A stretch of DNA of 64,000 bases from Polyangiales bacterium (GTDB lineage Bacteria; Myxococcota_A; Polyangia; Polyangiales; Houyiibacteriaceae), in contig DATIUW010000106.1 of the NCBI GenBank assembly GCA_035466435.1, positions 422 through 64,421 of the forward strand. Direction: 5' to 3'. This document shows positions 38,612-50,485 of this stretch, in pieces. The stretch's first letter is position 1; every line of letters starts with the position of its first letter. The notes beneath the pieces were generated by a model. That model worked only from the letters and a program-made list of their open reading frames with translations, had not been told where the DNA came from and did not search any database. Both the position numbers and the translations under genes were made by a program.

Positions 38612-40236
38612 GCTCTCACATCCTATCGTGGCTTCTCGCGATTCCCGCGCTCAGCGCGTTGGTGGTCTTGCTCCTCCCGCGGCCCTGGGAGCGTACGGTG
38701 CGCCGCTTTTCGATTGGCGCGATGCTTCTCGAGCTCGTCGTGAGCATTCGCCTGATCTTCGCCGACTACTCGACTGCGGGATACCGATTCGTCGAGCAGG
38801 TGCAATGGATAGAGTCCTTTGGGATCTCCTACAAGGTCGGCATCGACGGCCTTTCCCTTTGGCTGGTCATCTTGACCACGGCGCTGTCCCCGATCGCTCT
38901 CTATGCCTCGTGGGGTAGCGTTACCACGCGCATCAAGGAATATGCGCTTTCGTTTTTGCTTCTCGAGCTCGGCATGCTGGGCGCGTTCGTGGCGCTCGAT
39001 CTGTTTCTCTTTTACGTATTTTGGGAGCTGATGCTGGTGCCGATGTATCTGATCATCGGCATTTGGGGCGGCAAAGATCGCGTCTACGCGGCGCTCAAGT
39101 TCTTCTTGTATACGATGGTCGGCAGCTTGCTGATGCTCGTCGCCATCCTGTATGTCGTATCGAGCTATCGGGAGCTGGCAGGGCACTACACGTTCGACCT
39201 CGAGGAGCTTTCGAGCCTCGTCTTGCCGGCACTGCCCCAGTACCTGTGCTTCGCCGCATTCGCGTTGGCGTTTGCCATCAAGGTTCCCATGTTCCCGTTT
39301 CACACCTGGTTGCCCGATGCGCACGTCCAAGCGCCAACCGGGGGCTCCGTCATTCTGGCCGCCGTCCTGCTGAAGCTCGGAATCTACGGGTTCGTCCGTT
39401 TCGCCATGCCGCTCTTTCCGGTCGCCAGCCAGGCGATCGGTCCCATTCTCGCGGGGCTCGGTGTCGTCGGAATCATCTACGGAGCGTACGCAGCGTGGGT
39501 TCAGCGCGACCTGAAGAAGCTGGTGGCATACAGCTCCGTCAGTCACATGGGGTTCATCTTGCTCGGCCTTTTTGCGATGAACCGAAACGGCATCTCCGGC
39601 GCCATGCTGCAGATGATCAATCACGGTGTGTCGACGGGGGCGCTCTTCCTTCTGGTCGGCGTCATCTACGACCGCCGCCACACCCGCATGCTCGACGACT
39701 TCGGTGGCCTCGCGAAGGTCATGCCCTGGTACACGCTCATCTTCGTCATCATCACCATGAGCTCGATCGGGCTTCCCGGCACCAACGGCTTCATCGGTGA
39801 ATTCATGATCTTGGCCGGCACGTTCTTTTCGCGGACGCCCATCGGCTTCGGGACCGCTTGGTTCGTGATGACCTTGCTGGCGGCGACCGGCGTGATCTTC
39901 GCCGCCGTGTACATGCTCCACGCCGTCCTGCGCATGTTCTGGGGCAAGGTGGAGCACGAGGAGAATGCGAACCTCACCGACCTCAATACGCGGGAGGTCA
40001 TCACGCTGCTCCCCCTCGTGGGTCTGGTGTTCTGGATCGGCCTCTATCCGAGCTTCTTCCTCGACAAGATGAACCCCGCTGCGGACGAGTTCGTGACGGA
40101 TTTCACCGTCCGATATTACGAGGGGCGCCGCACGTCCGAGCCGCGTCTGGTCGACTTCGAGCTCCTCAAGCGAGAGCTCGAAGCGGCGGGCGAGCTCGCC
40201 TTGACACGAAGCGCAGACGAGGAGGGTCGACCATGA
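38608..40236 (+). CDS. nuoM: NADH-quinone oxidoreductase subunit M
   Basis: FYVFWELMLVPMY, KVPMFPFHTWLPDAHVQAP, AYSSVSHMG, GLPGTNGFIGEF. Confidence 0.97.
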   Translation: MSSHILSWLLAIPALSALVVLLLPRPWERTVRRFSIGAMLLELVVSIRLIFADYSTAGYRFVEQVQWIESFGISYKVGIDGLSLWLVILTTALSPIALYASWGSVTTRIKEYALSFLLLELGMLGAFVALDLFLFYVFWELMLVPMYLIIGIWGGKDRVYAALKFFLYTMVGSLLMLVAILYVVSSYRELAGHYTFDLEELSSLVLPALPQYLCFAAFALAFAIKVPMFPFHTWLPDAHVQAPTGGSVILAAVLLKLGIYGFVRFAMPLFPVASQAIGPILAGLGVVGIIYGAYAAWVQRDLKKLVAYSSVSHMGFILLGLFAMNRNGISGAMLQMINHGVSTGALFLLVGVIYDRRHTRMLDDFGGLAKVMPWYTLIFVIITMSSIGLPGTNGFIGEFMILAGTFFSRTPIGFGTAWFVMTLLAATGVIFAAVYMLHAVLRMFWGKVEHEENANLTDLNTREVITLLPLVGLVFWIGLYPSFFLDKMNPAADEFVTDFTVRYYEGRRTSEPRLVDFELLKRELEAAGELALTRSADEEGRP

Positions 40237-41704
40237 GCTCCCTGATGGGCGTGTCGCCTCTTCTTCTGCTCGTCGCGGCAGGGCTGAGCATCATGATCAT
40301 CGATGCATTCACCAGCGAGCGAGCGGAGCTCGCGATCGTGACCGCCTTGTCCCTCTTCATGGCGGCCGCCCTCGCTGGAGCCATGCTCGTCGGTAGCGAG
40401 TTGGCGCCAGCACCCGAGCTGGTGACTCGTTACCTCGCCGTCGACCGCCTTGGCCTCTTCTTCGACGTCGTCATTTGCGTCGGAGCTGGCCTTTCGGCGC
40501 TCCTCGCGGGGGGATACCTGCGAGAGCACGGCTTCGAACGAGGTGAATTCTACGTACTGGTGATCTTCACGGCATTTGGCGCGATGGTGCTCGCACGCGC
40601 AGTCGACCTGCTGAGCATCTTCCTCGGCCTCGAAACCATGTCTTTGGGTGTCTACTCGCTCGTTGCCTACCGCCGCACCAGCGCACGTGCGGTCGAAGGG
40701 GCGGTGAAGTACTTCCTCCTCGGCTCCTTTGCGGCCGCCATTCTCCTCTTTGGAAGCGCGCTGCTCTACGGAGCGACCGGGCACACCGATCTTGCGGGCA
40801 TTCGAGAGGTCATTGCCGCCGGCCGCGCGGATTCGATTCTCACGATCCTCGCGCTGGTGATGTTGATCGTCGGGCTGACCTTCAAGGTAGGGGCGGTGCC
40901 GTTCCACATGTGGGTCCCCGACGCCTACGAGGGCGCCGCGACGCCCACGACCACGTTCATGTCCGTCGGAGTCAAGGCAGCCGCCGTCGCGGTGCTGGTT
41001 CGTGTCCTGGTCGGCGCGTTCGGCGATCCGTCGACCATGAGCCTCTACACCGGCTGGACCCCGGTAATCATCCTGCTGGCCGTGCTGAGCATGGTGTTCG
41101 GCAACGTCGCCGCGCTGGCGCAGAGCAGCGTCAAGCGGATGCTAGCGTACTCGTCCGTGGCACACGCCGGCTACATTTTGGTCGGCCTAGCGGCCGTACA
41201 CGAGGCTGGCTCGGCCGCCGTCAGCTCCGTCCTCTACTACGTGGGCGCCTACACCGTGTCGAACGTGCTCGCCTTCGGCTCCCTCATCCTGATGGGGTCG
41301 AAGGGGAAAGAGGCGGTGAGCTACGAAGACCTCGCGGGCGCCGGTCGCCGTCATCCGTTGGCCGCGCTGCCTTTCGCCATCGGAGTGCTGTCGCTCTTGG
41401 GTATGCCGCCCACAGCCGGTTTTTTCGGCAAGTACTACGTCTTCAGCGCCGCTGTGCAGTCGGGGCTGGTCTGGCTGGCCGTCATCGGCGTCCTCGCAAG
41501 CGCCATAGGCGCCTACTACTACCTCAAGGTCATCGTCTACTTGTTCATGCGCGAGCCTGAAGAGGGCCGTCCGATCGCCGTTCCAATGCAATCGACCTAC
41601 GTGGTCGCCGCCCTCGTCCTGGCGGGGTACTACGTGATTCGGATGGGCATCACGCCAGGGCGCTATCTCGACTGGGCGGTCTCGGCGGCCGCCAGCTTCG
41701 TGAG

Positions 41705-41708
<4 letters not shown>
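40233..41708 (+). CDS. nuoN: NADH-quinone oxidoreductase subunit N
   Basis: EGAVKYFLLG, FKVGAVPFHMWVPDAYEGA, KRMLAYSSVAHAGY, PPTAGFFGK. Confidence 0.97.
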
Positions 41709-43201
<1,493 letters not shown>

Positions 43202-43229
43202 TGCTCAGCCAATTGCTAGAAACAGCTGC

Positions 43230-43964
43230 TCAGTCTACGGCGGTTCCGATGCGGGACCAGCGGATGCGTTCGAACAACGATTCGCGCGTATTTCTCCAGG
43301 ACATGTAGATGAACAACGCCTTGCCCTTGATTCGTGAATTGGGCACCGCGCCAATTAGAGGGTTGCGGCTGTCATTGGAGCTGTCGCGATGGTCGCCGAG
43401 GACGTAAACGTGACCTTCCGGAACTTCCAGCGGCAGACGATCGAGCGGAAAGTCGTGCTTCGAGTGGCTGATTCGGTGCGAGATGCCGTCCAGCTTTTCC
43501 AGATAAATCCTGCACGTAGGGTCTATGTTTCTCTGCTCCTCGTTCGAACAAGGGCCGAGCTCGACCGTTTCGAGGACCTCGCCGTTCCGAACGATCTTGC
43601 CGTCACGGATGACGATTTCGTCTCCTCCGACTCCGATGACCCGCTTGACGATGTCTTCGTTATCCGCAGGGCTGTGCAAAATGATCACGTCACCAGGATC
43701 GGGTCCGCCCCAATTCACGACTGCCTCGTTGGTGAAGGGCAGGAATAGTCCGTACGGGTACTTGGCCACGACGACCCGGTCGCCGTCGAGCAAGGTGGGC
43801 TCCATCGACGGTCCATCGATGGCGAAGGCCTCGAACAGCGTCACCCGGATGAACAACGCCAAGAGGAGCGCCCCGCCGATCGTCAGCAGATTCGATTTCC
43901 AGCTATCACCTTTTCTCGGCTGGCGCGCCGCTCTCGAAGCAGCTCTGTCTCGTCGTTTGCTCAT
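43230..43964 (-). CDS. lepB: signal peptidase I
   Basis: SMEPTL, IVKRVIG, GDHRDSSNDSR. Confidence 0.95.
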   Translation of the reverse strand: MSKRRDRAASRAARQPRKGDSWKSNLLTIGGALLLALFIRVTLFEAFAIDGPSMEPTLLDGDRVVVAKYPYGLFLPFTNEAVVNWGGPDPGDVIILHSPADNEDIVKRVIGVGGDEIVIRDGKIVRNGEVLETVELGPCSNEEQRNIDPTCRIYLEKLDGISHRISHSKHDFPLDRLPLEVPEGHVYVLGDHRDSSNDSRNPLIGAVPNSRIKGKALFIYMSWRNTRESLFERIRWSRIGTAVD

Positions 43965-44052
43965 TCGTGCGGGATCACCGGCAGGCAGCGCGGGCGAGCA
44001 CTTCGCTGGCGCGGACGCTAGTCTGCGGGTAGGCATGCGTCAAGCGACCCCC

Positions 44053-44715
44053 ATGAAGTTCCTATGCATCGACACGGCGACTGAATACGGCACCGTGGCC
44101 GTCACGCGCGAGGACGGGTCCTGTGCCTCGGTTTGCTGGCGCTCGTCCGGCGGGCATGCCGAGAATCTCCTTGGTTACGTCGAATCGGCGCTTTCCGAAG
44201 CAAACGCCTCGCGGGAGGAGCTCGGCGGGATCGGTGTCGTCACGGGCCCTGGAGGCTTCACCAGCCTACGGGTCGGGCTCGCGACAGCGAAAGGTCTGGC
44301 GCTCGGTTTGGACCTTCCCATCGTCGGGGTGAGCTCGCTCCGCGTCATTGCCCGGTCCATCGAGGCTTCCGATACGGATGCGGTACGCGTGCCCATCGTG
44401 AAGGCATATCGGGGTGACGTTTTTGCCGCAGCCTACGCCATGGCGAAGGACCACCTCGACGAGCTGGTGCCACCGATGTCGGGTCCAACGGCGGAAATCC
44501 TCGAAAAGATCCATCGCGTGGTTGGGGATCGCCCGATCGCGCGATCGGGAGAGGGACACGTCGTCACCCCGGAGGCGCTGGCGGACGAGGTGCGCTTCGT
44601 CATGCGGACCGAGGGCCCGGCCGACCTCGCGGCCTTGGAGCCGCGATACCTTCGCCCGAGTGATGCAAAGCTACCCGAACGCCGTTTGAGCACGAAGCAC
44701 GCCGATCGCGATTAG
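44053..44715 (+). CDS. tsaB: tRNA t6A biosynthesis protein TsaB
   Basis: LCIDTAT, HAENLL, GPGGFTSLRVG, LEPRYLR. Confidence 0.92.
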   Translation: MKFLCIDTATEYGTVAVTREDGSCASVCWRSSGGHAENLLGYVESALSEANASREELGGIGVVTGPGGFTSLRVGLATAKGLALGLDLPIVGVSSLRVIARSIEASDTDAVRVPIVKAYRGDVFAAAYAMAKDHLDELVPPMSGPTAEILEKIHRVVGDRPIARSGEGHVVTPEALADEVRFVMRTEGPADLAALEPRYLRPSDAKLPERRLSTKHADRD

Positions 44716-46115
44716 CCGGCGTGTTCGCCGATCGCGTCGCGATACGCACGCTCGTAGAGGCGAATCGTGCGCTCCCAGGAGTGGTCGATTCGCATCACGC
44801 GGCTCTGCAGCTCCCGAAATGCCTTGGCGTTGGCAAAGGCCGCCGCAGCGCGTTGCAGAGCAGAAAGCAGCGATTTTTCGGTCGGGGCATCGTACAGGAA
44901 CCCGGAACCCGTCTTCAACGAGGCCTCGCAGTCGACCACCTCGTCAGCCAGGCCGCCTTCCCGATGAACGATCGGCAACGAGCCGTAGCGCTGCGCGCGC
45001 ATCTGGATGTTGTCGGTCGGCGCTTCGCGTCCTGGAACGACGACGAAATCGCTGGCTGCGATGAGCGAGTGTCTAAACGCCTCCTCGCTTCCCGTCCTGA
45101 TCTGAATACGATCGGGCCATTGATCCCACAGCTCTTCGTAGATCGCTACCAGCTCACCGCCGCCTTCGAGCTGAATGACCAGTTGCACGTCGTTCCGCAA
45201 GAAGTCGGGGCCAACCTTGGCCAAGAGCTCCATTCCGTCACCCTCGACGCGCCCGATTGCGGCAAACAACGGCACGTCGCTGCGGACCGGCAGCATCACT
45301 TCACGCTGTAGGGCTGCCTTGCACTCCCCTTTGCCCTCCATGTCGAACGGATCGAAACGGGCGGGCAAGTGACCGTCTGTTGCGGGGTTCCAGCGAGCAG
45401 GATCGATACCGTGCCTGACACCGACCATGCGGGGGCCGATCTCGCGAAATACGGGTGCCAAGACGTTGGTGCTCTCCGGGGCCTGAAGCCGGTGTACGTA
45501 GTTGGGAGACAACGTCGTGATTCGATCCGCGCTCAACAAGCCGGCTTTCAGCACGTTGATGTGATCGCCCTCGCGGGCCTCTTCGCCCAGGCCGAGCCAT
45601 TCCGCATCCCGTTCGTCGAACCTTCCTTGCTGCGCGGCATCATAGACGGTGAGAACGCTGGGCAGCTCGGGAAGCACCGAACGCAACCGGGCTAGTGCGG
45701 CGCCGCCCGCCCAGCCATGCGCGTGAACGACATCGTGGTCTGCGGCGCTCTGCCGGACATGCTCTGCCGCCGCCGCGGCAAACACACCGACACGCGTCGC
45801 GTCGAGCTGCTCACCTTCGCCGGTCAGCGACGTCGCAGACAGGAGCACCTCTTCGTTTCCAATGAAGGTGAGATCGACGCCGTCTGGATTGCGGCCCGTA
45901 TAGAGCTCGCACGACCATGTCCTGCCGCCGAGGTCGACCTCGAGCTTGGTGAGCCGCCGGGCCAGCGCGAGCTTCGCCACGTCGATGTGACTGTAGAGTG
46001 GAGATACCAGCTCGACGCCGTGCTCGGCTCGGCGCAAGACCTTGGCCAAGGTCAGCACGTCGCGTGCCTCCTGGGTCGAGGTGAATGCTTGGGGGGCGAT
46101 GAACGAGACTCGCAA
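44712..46115 (-). CDS. glycogen synthase (GT5) homolog with degenerate catalytic motifs
   Basis: GT5 scaffold (LKAGL...TTLSPNY, GID...WNPATD, KxxCKAALQ, YGSLPIV..GGLAD, DHSWE); KTGGL and EPCGL motifs are missing; TTG start approximate. Confidence 0.8.
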   Translation of the reverse strand: MRVSFIAPQAFTSTQEARDVLTLAKVLRRAEHGVELVSPLYSHIDVAKLALARRLTKLEVDLGGRTWSCELYTGRNPDGVDLTFIGNEEVLLSATSLTGEGEQLDATRVGVFAAAAAEHVRQSAADHDVVHAHGWAGGAALARLRSVLPELPSVLTVYDAAQQGRFDERDAEWLGLGEEAREGDHINVLKAGLLSADRITTLSPNYVHRLQAPESTNVLAPVFREIGPRMVGVRHGIDPARWNPATDGHLPARFDPFDMEGKGECKAALQREVMLPVRSDVPLFAAIGRVEGDGMELLAKVGPDFLRNDVQLVIQLEGGGELVAIYEELWDQWPDRIQIRTGSEEAFRHSLIAASDFVVVPGREAPTDNIQMRAQRYGSLPIVHREGGLADEVVDCEASLKTGSGFLYDAPTEKSLLSALQRAAAAFANAKAFRELQSRVMRIDHSWERTIRLYERAYRDAIGEHAG

Positions 46116-46204
46116 AGTGCTGGACCATAGCGATTGTTGGTGGCACCGGCCACGTGGAAAAAACATGGTTGCACCCGACGCCTGCTGCGCCAGGATGCGT
46201 ATCG

Positions 46205-47110
46205 ATGGCTGAACGCGGGAAAATCGCCGTGACTGGGGCTTCTGGGCTCGTGGGCGCTGCTCTGGTGCCCGCGCTTCGGGCCCACGGGTACGACGTTTTG
46301 CGCCTAGTGCGGCGCGCAGCCTCCGCGGACGACGAGGTCCAGTGGGATCCTGGCGCCGGCACGATCGATTCCGACGCACTTCAGGGCGTCAAGGGGGCCG
46401 TCCACCTTGCCGGCGAGAACATCGGTTCCGGTCGCTGGACCGAGAGCAAAAAGAAGAAAATTCGAAACAGCCGTGTCCAAGGTACGGAGCTTCTGGCGAG
46501 CGCTCTCGCGAAGCTTTCCCCAAAGCCCGACGTGCTGGTTTCCGCGTCCGGGGTCAACTACTACGGAAACCGCGGGTCCGAGACCTTGGATGAACGCAGC
46601 GCCTCGGGGAGCGGCTTTCTCGCGTCCGTGTGCCGAGAATGGGAGGCCGCGACCTCTGCGGCTAGCGAAGCTGGAATTCGGGTGGTGCTCGCTCGCTTCG
46701 GCATCGTGCTTTCCTCCGAGGGCGGCGCGCTCGAGAAGATGAAGATCCCATTCGTCTTGGGAGTTGGCGGTCGCATCGGCGATGGCACGCAGTACATGAG
46801 CTGGATCGCCTTGGAGGATATCGTATCAGCCATCGTCTTCGCGCTCGATCGACATGATCTGCAGGGACCGGTCAATTTCGTTTCGCCCACACCCGTGACC
46901 AACGCGGATTTCACAGCCACTCTGGGTCGCGTCCTCAAGCGTCCCACCGTGTTGCCCGTACCCGAGTTCGCGTTGCGGCTCGCGCTCGGCTCGGAGATGG
47001 CCAACGAGCTGCTGATCGGTGGTGTGCGTGTGATTCCGGCCGAGCTCCATTCTCATGGCTTCGAGTGGCAATATCCCACGCTCGAGCCTGCGCTGCGTTC
47101 GATCCTCTGA
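46205..47110 (+). CDS. TIGR01777/YfcH NAD-dependent epimerase family protein
   Basis: VTGASGLVG, HLAGENI..RWT, GFLASVCREWE, QYMSWI. Confidence 0.92.
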   Translation: MAERGKIAVTGASGLVGAALVPALRAHGYDVLRLVRRAASADDEVQWDPGAGTIDSDALQGVKGAVHLAGENIGSGRWTESKKKKIRNSRVQGTELLASALAKLSPKPDVLVSASGVNYYGNRGSETLDERSASGSGFLASVCREWEAATSAASEAGIRVVLARFGIVLSSEGGALEKMKIPFVLGVGGRIGDGTQYMSWIALEDIVSAIVFALDRHDLQGPVNFVSPTPVTNADFTATLGRVLKRPTVLPVPEFALRLALGSEMANELLIGGVRVIPAELHSHGFEWQYPTLEPALRSIL

Positions 47111-47159
47111 CACTGCGTCTTGCTTGACCGGCCCTCGCGCTTCGGCAGACACTCCCGTC

Positions 47160-49160
47160 GTGCCAAGGGGGCTGCCCTCATGGAGCGCTTGGGCGTCCGC
47201 CCTGGCGTTCTTCCTCACCGGACTGTTTCCGCTCTTCAACGCAGATGCCTATGGGCACCTGGCCCAAGGGCGCCAGATCGTGGCGCTCGGCAGGGTCCCG
47301 ACAGTCGACCTATTCTCGTTTTGGAGGTCGGATCCCCAGCCGTGGAAGAACTACGAGTGGGCGTACGATTTGGCGACCTGGCTGGTCTACGACCATTTGG
47401 GGGCGAGTGCCTTGGTCTTGCTCAAGTGCGTCGCCTTGGGTTTGCTCGGTCATCTCCTCGTGATCCTGGCCCGCAGGTTGGCGCTCGGAGCCGAGCTCGC
47501 CGGGCCGCTCGCGCTCGCCGGGCTGTTGATCGCGCTCCCGATCGTCCGATTTCGGTTCACCACGCGCCCCCAGGTCCTGGGGCTCCTATTCCCAGCCATC
47601 TTGGTTTTGGGCATCAACGCGTTCTTTTCCGACCGACACTCGGTTCGGAGGAAAGCTTGGATTCTGGCGGGGCTCACGCTGCTGCAGCTCGTGTGGGTGA
47701 ACGCCCACGGCTCTCACCTTCTCGGACTGGCCATCAGCGCGATCTTTGCAGGCTTCTCGATTCGTACGGGCGCGTTTCGTTGGATGCTGGGCTTGTTGGC
47801 CCTACAAGCCGCTGCCACGGCCTGCACGCCATTTGGTGCGGCCATCGCGACCGACGCGATCGCACACGTGCTCGATCCCCGGTACCGCGAGCTCGTGGTC
47901 GAGTGGGGTCCATGGTCGCCCCGAGATCCGCTACGGCTTCTGATCGCGCCGCTTGCCGTTGCGTTGCTCGTGCTCTTGGCGATGCGGCCGGTGACCCGGT
48001 CCTCGAGGTTCGGGCTCGCCTACGCGGTGTTTTGCGTGCTGCTGAGCCTGATGGCGTTTCGATCCATGCGCTTCGTGGGCCACCAGCTCCTGTTCTGCGC
48101 ACCCTTCATCGCGGCCGGCGTGTCTCGCATGCCTTGGGCCGGGACGCTGCGCCGCTCAGCGCCTGTGGTCGTTGCTTGCGCCGCGGTCGTGTCTGCCGTC
48201 TGGATGACGCGCTTGGTGCCTGCGCTCGGCTTTGGCCTCGGTGAGGCGAAGGACGCGTATCCCTGGGCCTCGGGTGACGTCATCGAGCGGTTCGTCGAGA
48301 AGCCCAGAATTCTCGCCAGCATGGAGGATAGCTGGTTTCTCATGTTTGCCGCTCCGAGCGCAAAGCTGCTGATCGACGGGCGGGTCCCGTTTTACGGTCC
48401 GGACATGATCCGGCGGGTCGGTCAGAGCTTTGCAGACGTGCCTCTTCTGGCGGCGGAGCTGCGAGAGCGCGACGTCAACACCGTGGTCATCGACCACACG
48501 CGCTCGGACCACATTCCGGCAACGGAGCACTTGAGCCGCCGTGCGGATTGGGTTTTGGGGTTCGTGGAAGACGGCCACTCGTTATTCATTCGAAGGGACG
48601 TGGCATCGGGGCTCGATCCATTCGAGATCGTCGGACCCGGATATCGCTCGGGGCGTCTGCTCGACTCGCGCGTGCCCGAAGCAGACGTGACGAGGGAAGT
48701 GCAGCGGCTCGGCTCACAGTTGAACACTTCCGTCATTCACGCTTGGCATCAGGGCTTGGAGCTCTTGCGTCCCCTCGCGCGCGACGGTGATCGCGCGGGT
48801 ATTCGAATGCACCGCAGCGCTGCTGAAAGGGCTCGGGCTCGGGCGGCCTACGAGCGCATTTCAGTGGCTGCGAAGCGATTTCCAGGTTTCACCAGCATCG
48901 AGCTATTCCGCGCGATGGCGGCTCTGTCGGCCTGTGACGTACCCGAGGCCCGAGAGGCACTCGGTCGGGCGATGTATGGCGGACAGACACGCGCTACGAC
49001 CCTCGTCGCGCTCGAGCTCTCGCTCCGGGCAGGGAGCCGGGCGGACCGTGACGCTGCATTGGCACAGCTCAGGCGACTCCGAATGCACCCGGAGAGCCGT
49101 GACGATCCCTGGGTCGCCGCGATCGAGCGCGAAGTCGGCATTCGATGCCCGGCGCGCTAG
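47160..49160 (+). CDS. polytopic membrane protein (putative GT-C fold) with helical C-terminal domain
   Basis: DAYGHLAQGR...DLFSF...YEW, RPQ, WVNAHGS, EW and IDGR motifs; about 10 TM segments; start approximate. Confidence 0.65.
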   Translation: MPRGLPSWSAWASALAFFLTGLFPLFNADAYGHLAQGRQIVALGRVPTVDLFSFWRSDPQPWKNYEWAYDLATWLVYDHLGASALVLLKCVALGLLGHLLVILARRLALGAELAGPLALAGLLIALPIVRFRFTTRPQVLGLLFPAILVLGINAFFSDRHSVRRKAWILAGLTLLQLVWVNAHGSHLLGLAISAIFAGFSIRTGAFRWMLGLLALQAAATACTPFGAAIATDAIAHVLDPRYRELVVEWGPWSPRDPLRLLIAPLAVALLVLLAMRPVTRSSRFGLAYAVFCVLLSLMAFRSMRFVGHQLLFCAPFIAAGVSRMPWAGTLRRSAPVVVACAAVVSAVWMTRLVPALGFGLGEAKDAYPWASGDVIERFVEKPRILASMEDSWFLMFAAPSAKLLIDGRVPFYGPDMIRRVGQSFADVPLLAAELRERDVNTVVIDHTRSDHIPATEHLSRRADWVLGFVEDGHSLFIRRDVASGLDPFEIVGPGYRSGRLLDSRVPEADVTREVQRLGSQLNTSVIHAWHQGLELLRPLARDGDRAGIRMHRSAAERARARAAYERISVAAKRFPGFTSIELFRAMAALSACDVPEAREALGRAMYGGQTRATTLVALELSLRAGSRADRDAALAQLRRLRMHPESRDDPWVAAIEREVGIRCPAR

Positions 49161-50329
49161 GCAGCTCCATCCCGATCGAGCTCGATCAGGGTGATCTCGG
49201 CGGGTGCGGCGATGCGCATCGGAGGCCCCCAATAACCGGTGCCGGAGCTGACGTAGATCTGAGAGTCACCGCGTCTGTGTAGTCCCGAGAGAAACGGCTG
49301 GACCAGCCGGGTCAAGAATCCAAAGGGGAAGATCTGACCGCCGTGCGTGTGGCCCGAGATCTGAAGGTCCACGCCGTGGTTGCGAGCTTCGTCGAAATGG
49401 ACCGGTTGGTGCGCCAAGAGCACCACGGGCCTGCTGGTGTCCCGCCCGTTCATGGCTCGCGCCATGTCGGCGCCGTGTCCGTTGCCGAACTGGTGCGCCG
49501 TCCAATCGTCGACGCCCGCCACGTGGATCGATTCGCCGTTCTTCTGGACCTCCACGTGCTCGTTCCGAAGAGCCCGTATGCCTAGCCCGTTCAGGAACTC
49601 CAGCCATGCGTCGGCCCCCGAGTAATACTCGTGATTGCCGGTCACGAAGTACGTTCCCAAAGCCGCGCGGATTTCTCCGAGCGGTGCCACGGCAGCTCCC
49701 AAATCTTCGACGGTACCGTCGATCAGATCACCCGTGATCGCCACGATGTCGGGTTCGAGGGCATTGACCTTGCGCACGACGTCCTGCACGAAATCTCGCC
49801 CGATGGTGAGCCCTACGTGCATGTCGGTGAGTTGAACCAGCCGCAGGCCGGCGAGCTGGGCGGGAAGCTTCTTCAAACGCACGGAGACGCGCTTGACCTC
49901 GACCGGACGTATCGCAGACCAAACACCGTAGCCCGAAAGCGCGAATCCTAGGGCTCCGGCGCCTCCGGCCAGCAACTGAGCGAGAAACTGACGCCTGCCG
50001 CCGTCGATCGAGACCAGGCTCGCGTACTTGACCCAGCTCCACCGAGCGAGCTCGCCGCCCCAAAGAAGGACCAGCAGCAGAAACATCGAGCCCATCCACA
50101 CGTATCCCACCCAGGAGATGGGAACGGCGAGGTTCCGCGGCAACGTGCGCCACGCCATCATCGATGCGGGGATCGAAAGGGCGAGCAATACCAGCGACAC
50201 GGTGGCGATCTGGCGCCAGGGCGACGGCCACATCGGATCGCGGATGAGCCGTGCCCACAAGTAATAGTGGGTTGCCACGGTCAGGCCGAAGATGACTCCG
50301 AAAAAGATGAGGATGCGGCCGAGCGACAT
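49157..50329 (-). CDS. membrane-bound metallophosphoesterase (YkuE/YaeI-like)
   Basis: N-terminal TMs; TDMH, TGDLID, GNHEYY, LAHQP, SGHTHGGQ. Confidence 0.92.
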   Translation of the reverse strand: MSLGRILIFFGVIFGLTVATHYYLWARLIRDPMWPSPWRQIATVSLVLLALSIPASMMAWRTLPRNLAVPISWVGYVWMGSMFLLLVLLWGGELARWSWVKYASLVSIDGGRRQFLAQLLAGGAGALGFALSGYGVWSAIRPVEVKRVSVRLKKLPAQLAGLRLVQLTDMHVGLTIGRDFVQDVVRKVNALEPDIVAITGDLIDGTVEDLGAAVAPLGEIRAALGTYFVTGNHEYYSGADAWLEFLNGLGIRALRNEHVEVQKNGESIHVAGVDDWTAHQFGNGHGADMARAMNGRDTSRPVVLLAHQPVHFDEARNHGVDLQISGHTHGGQIFPFGFLTRLVQPFLSGLHRRGDSQIYVSSGTGYWGPPMRIAAPAEITLIELDRDGAA

Positions 50330-50485
50330 TTGGCGCCGTGCTGCAGCGTCTAGGGATGTGTCACCAGCACGTCAAGTCGCCGCTTGGCCCGGCACGGAAG
50401 GATCGCGAGAGTCATCTGGCGCAGGATCCCCCAAAGCCGTGGCTCTTTACGCCTCGGGGCAGTCCCCCTATAACCGCGCGGTCTC

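Noticed and set aside
33590..39957. Long antisense ORFs (570, 432 and 444 aa) over nuo genes
   Set aside because: Typical high-GC shadow ORFs with no motifs, lying opposite well-conserved genes.
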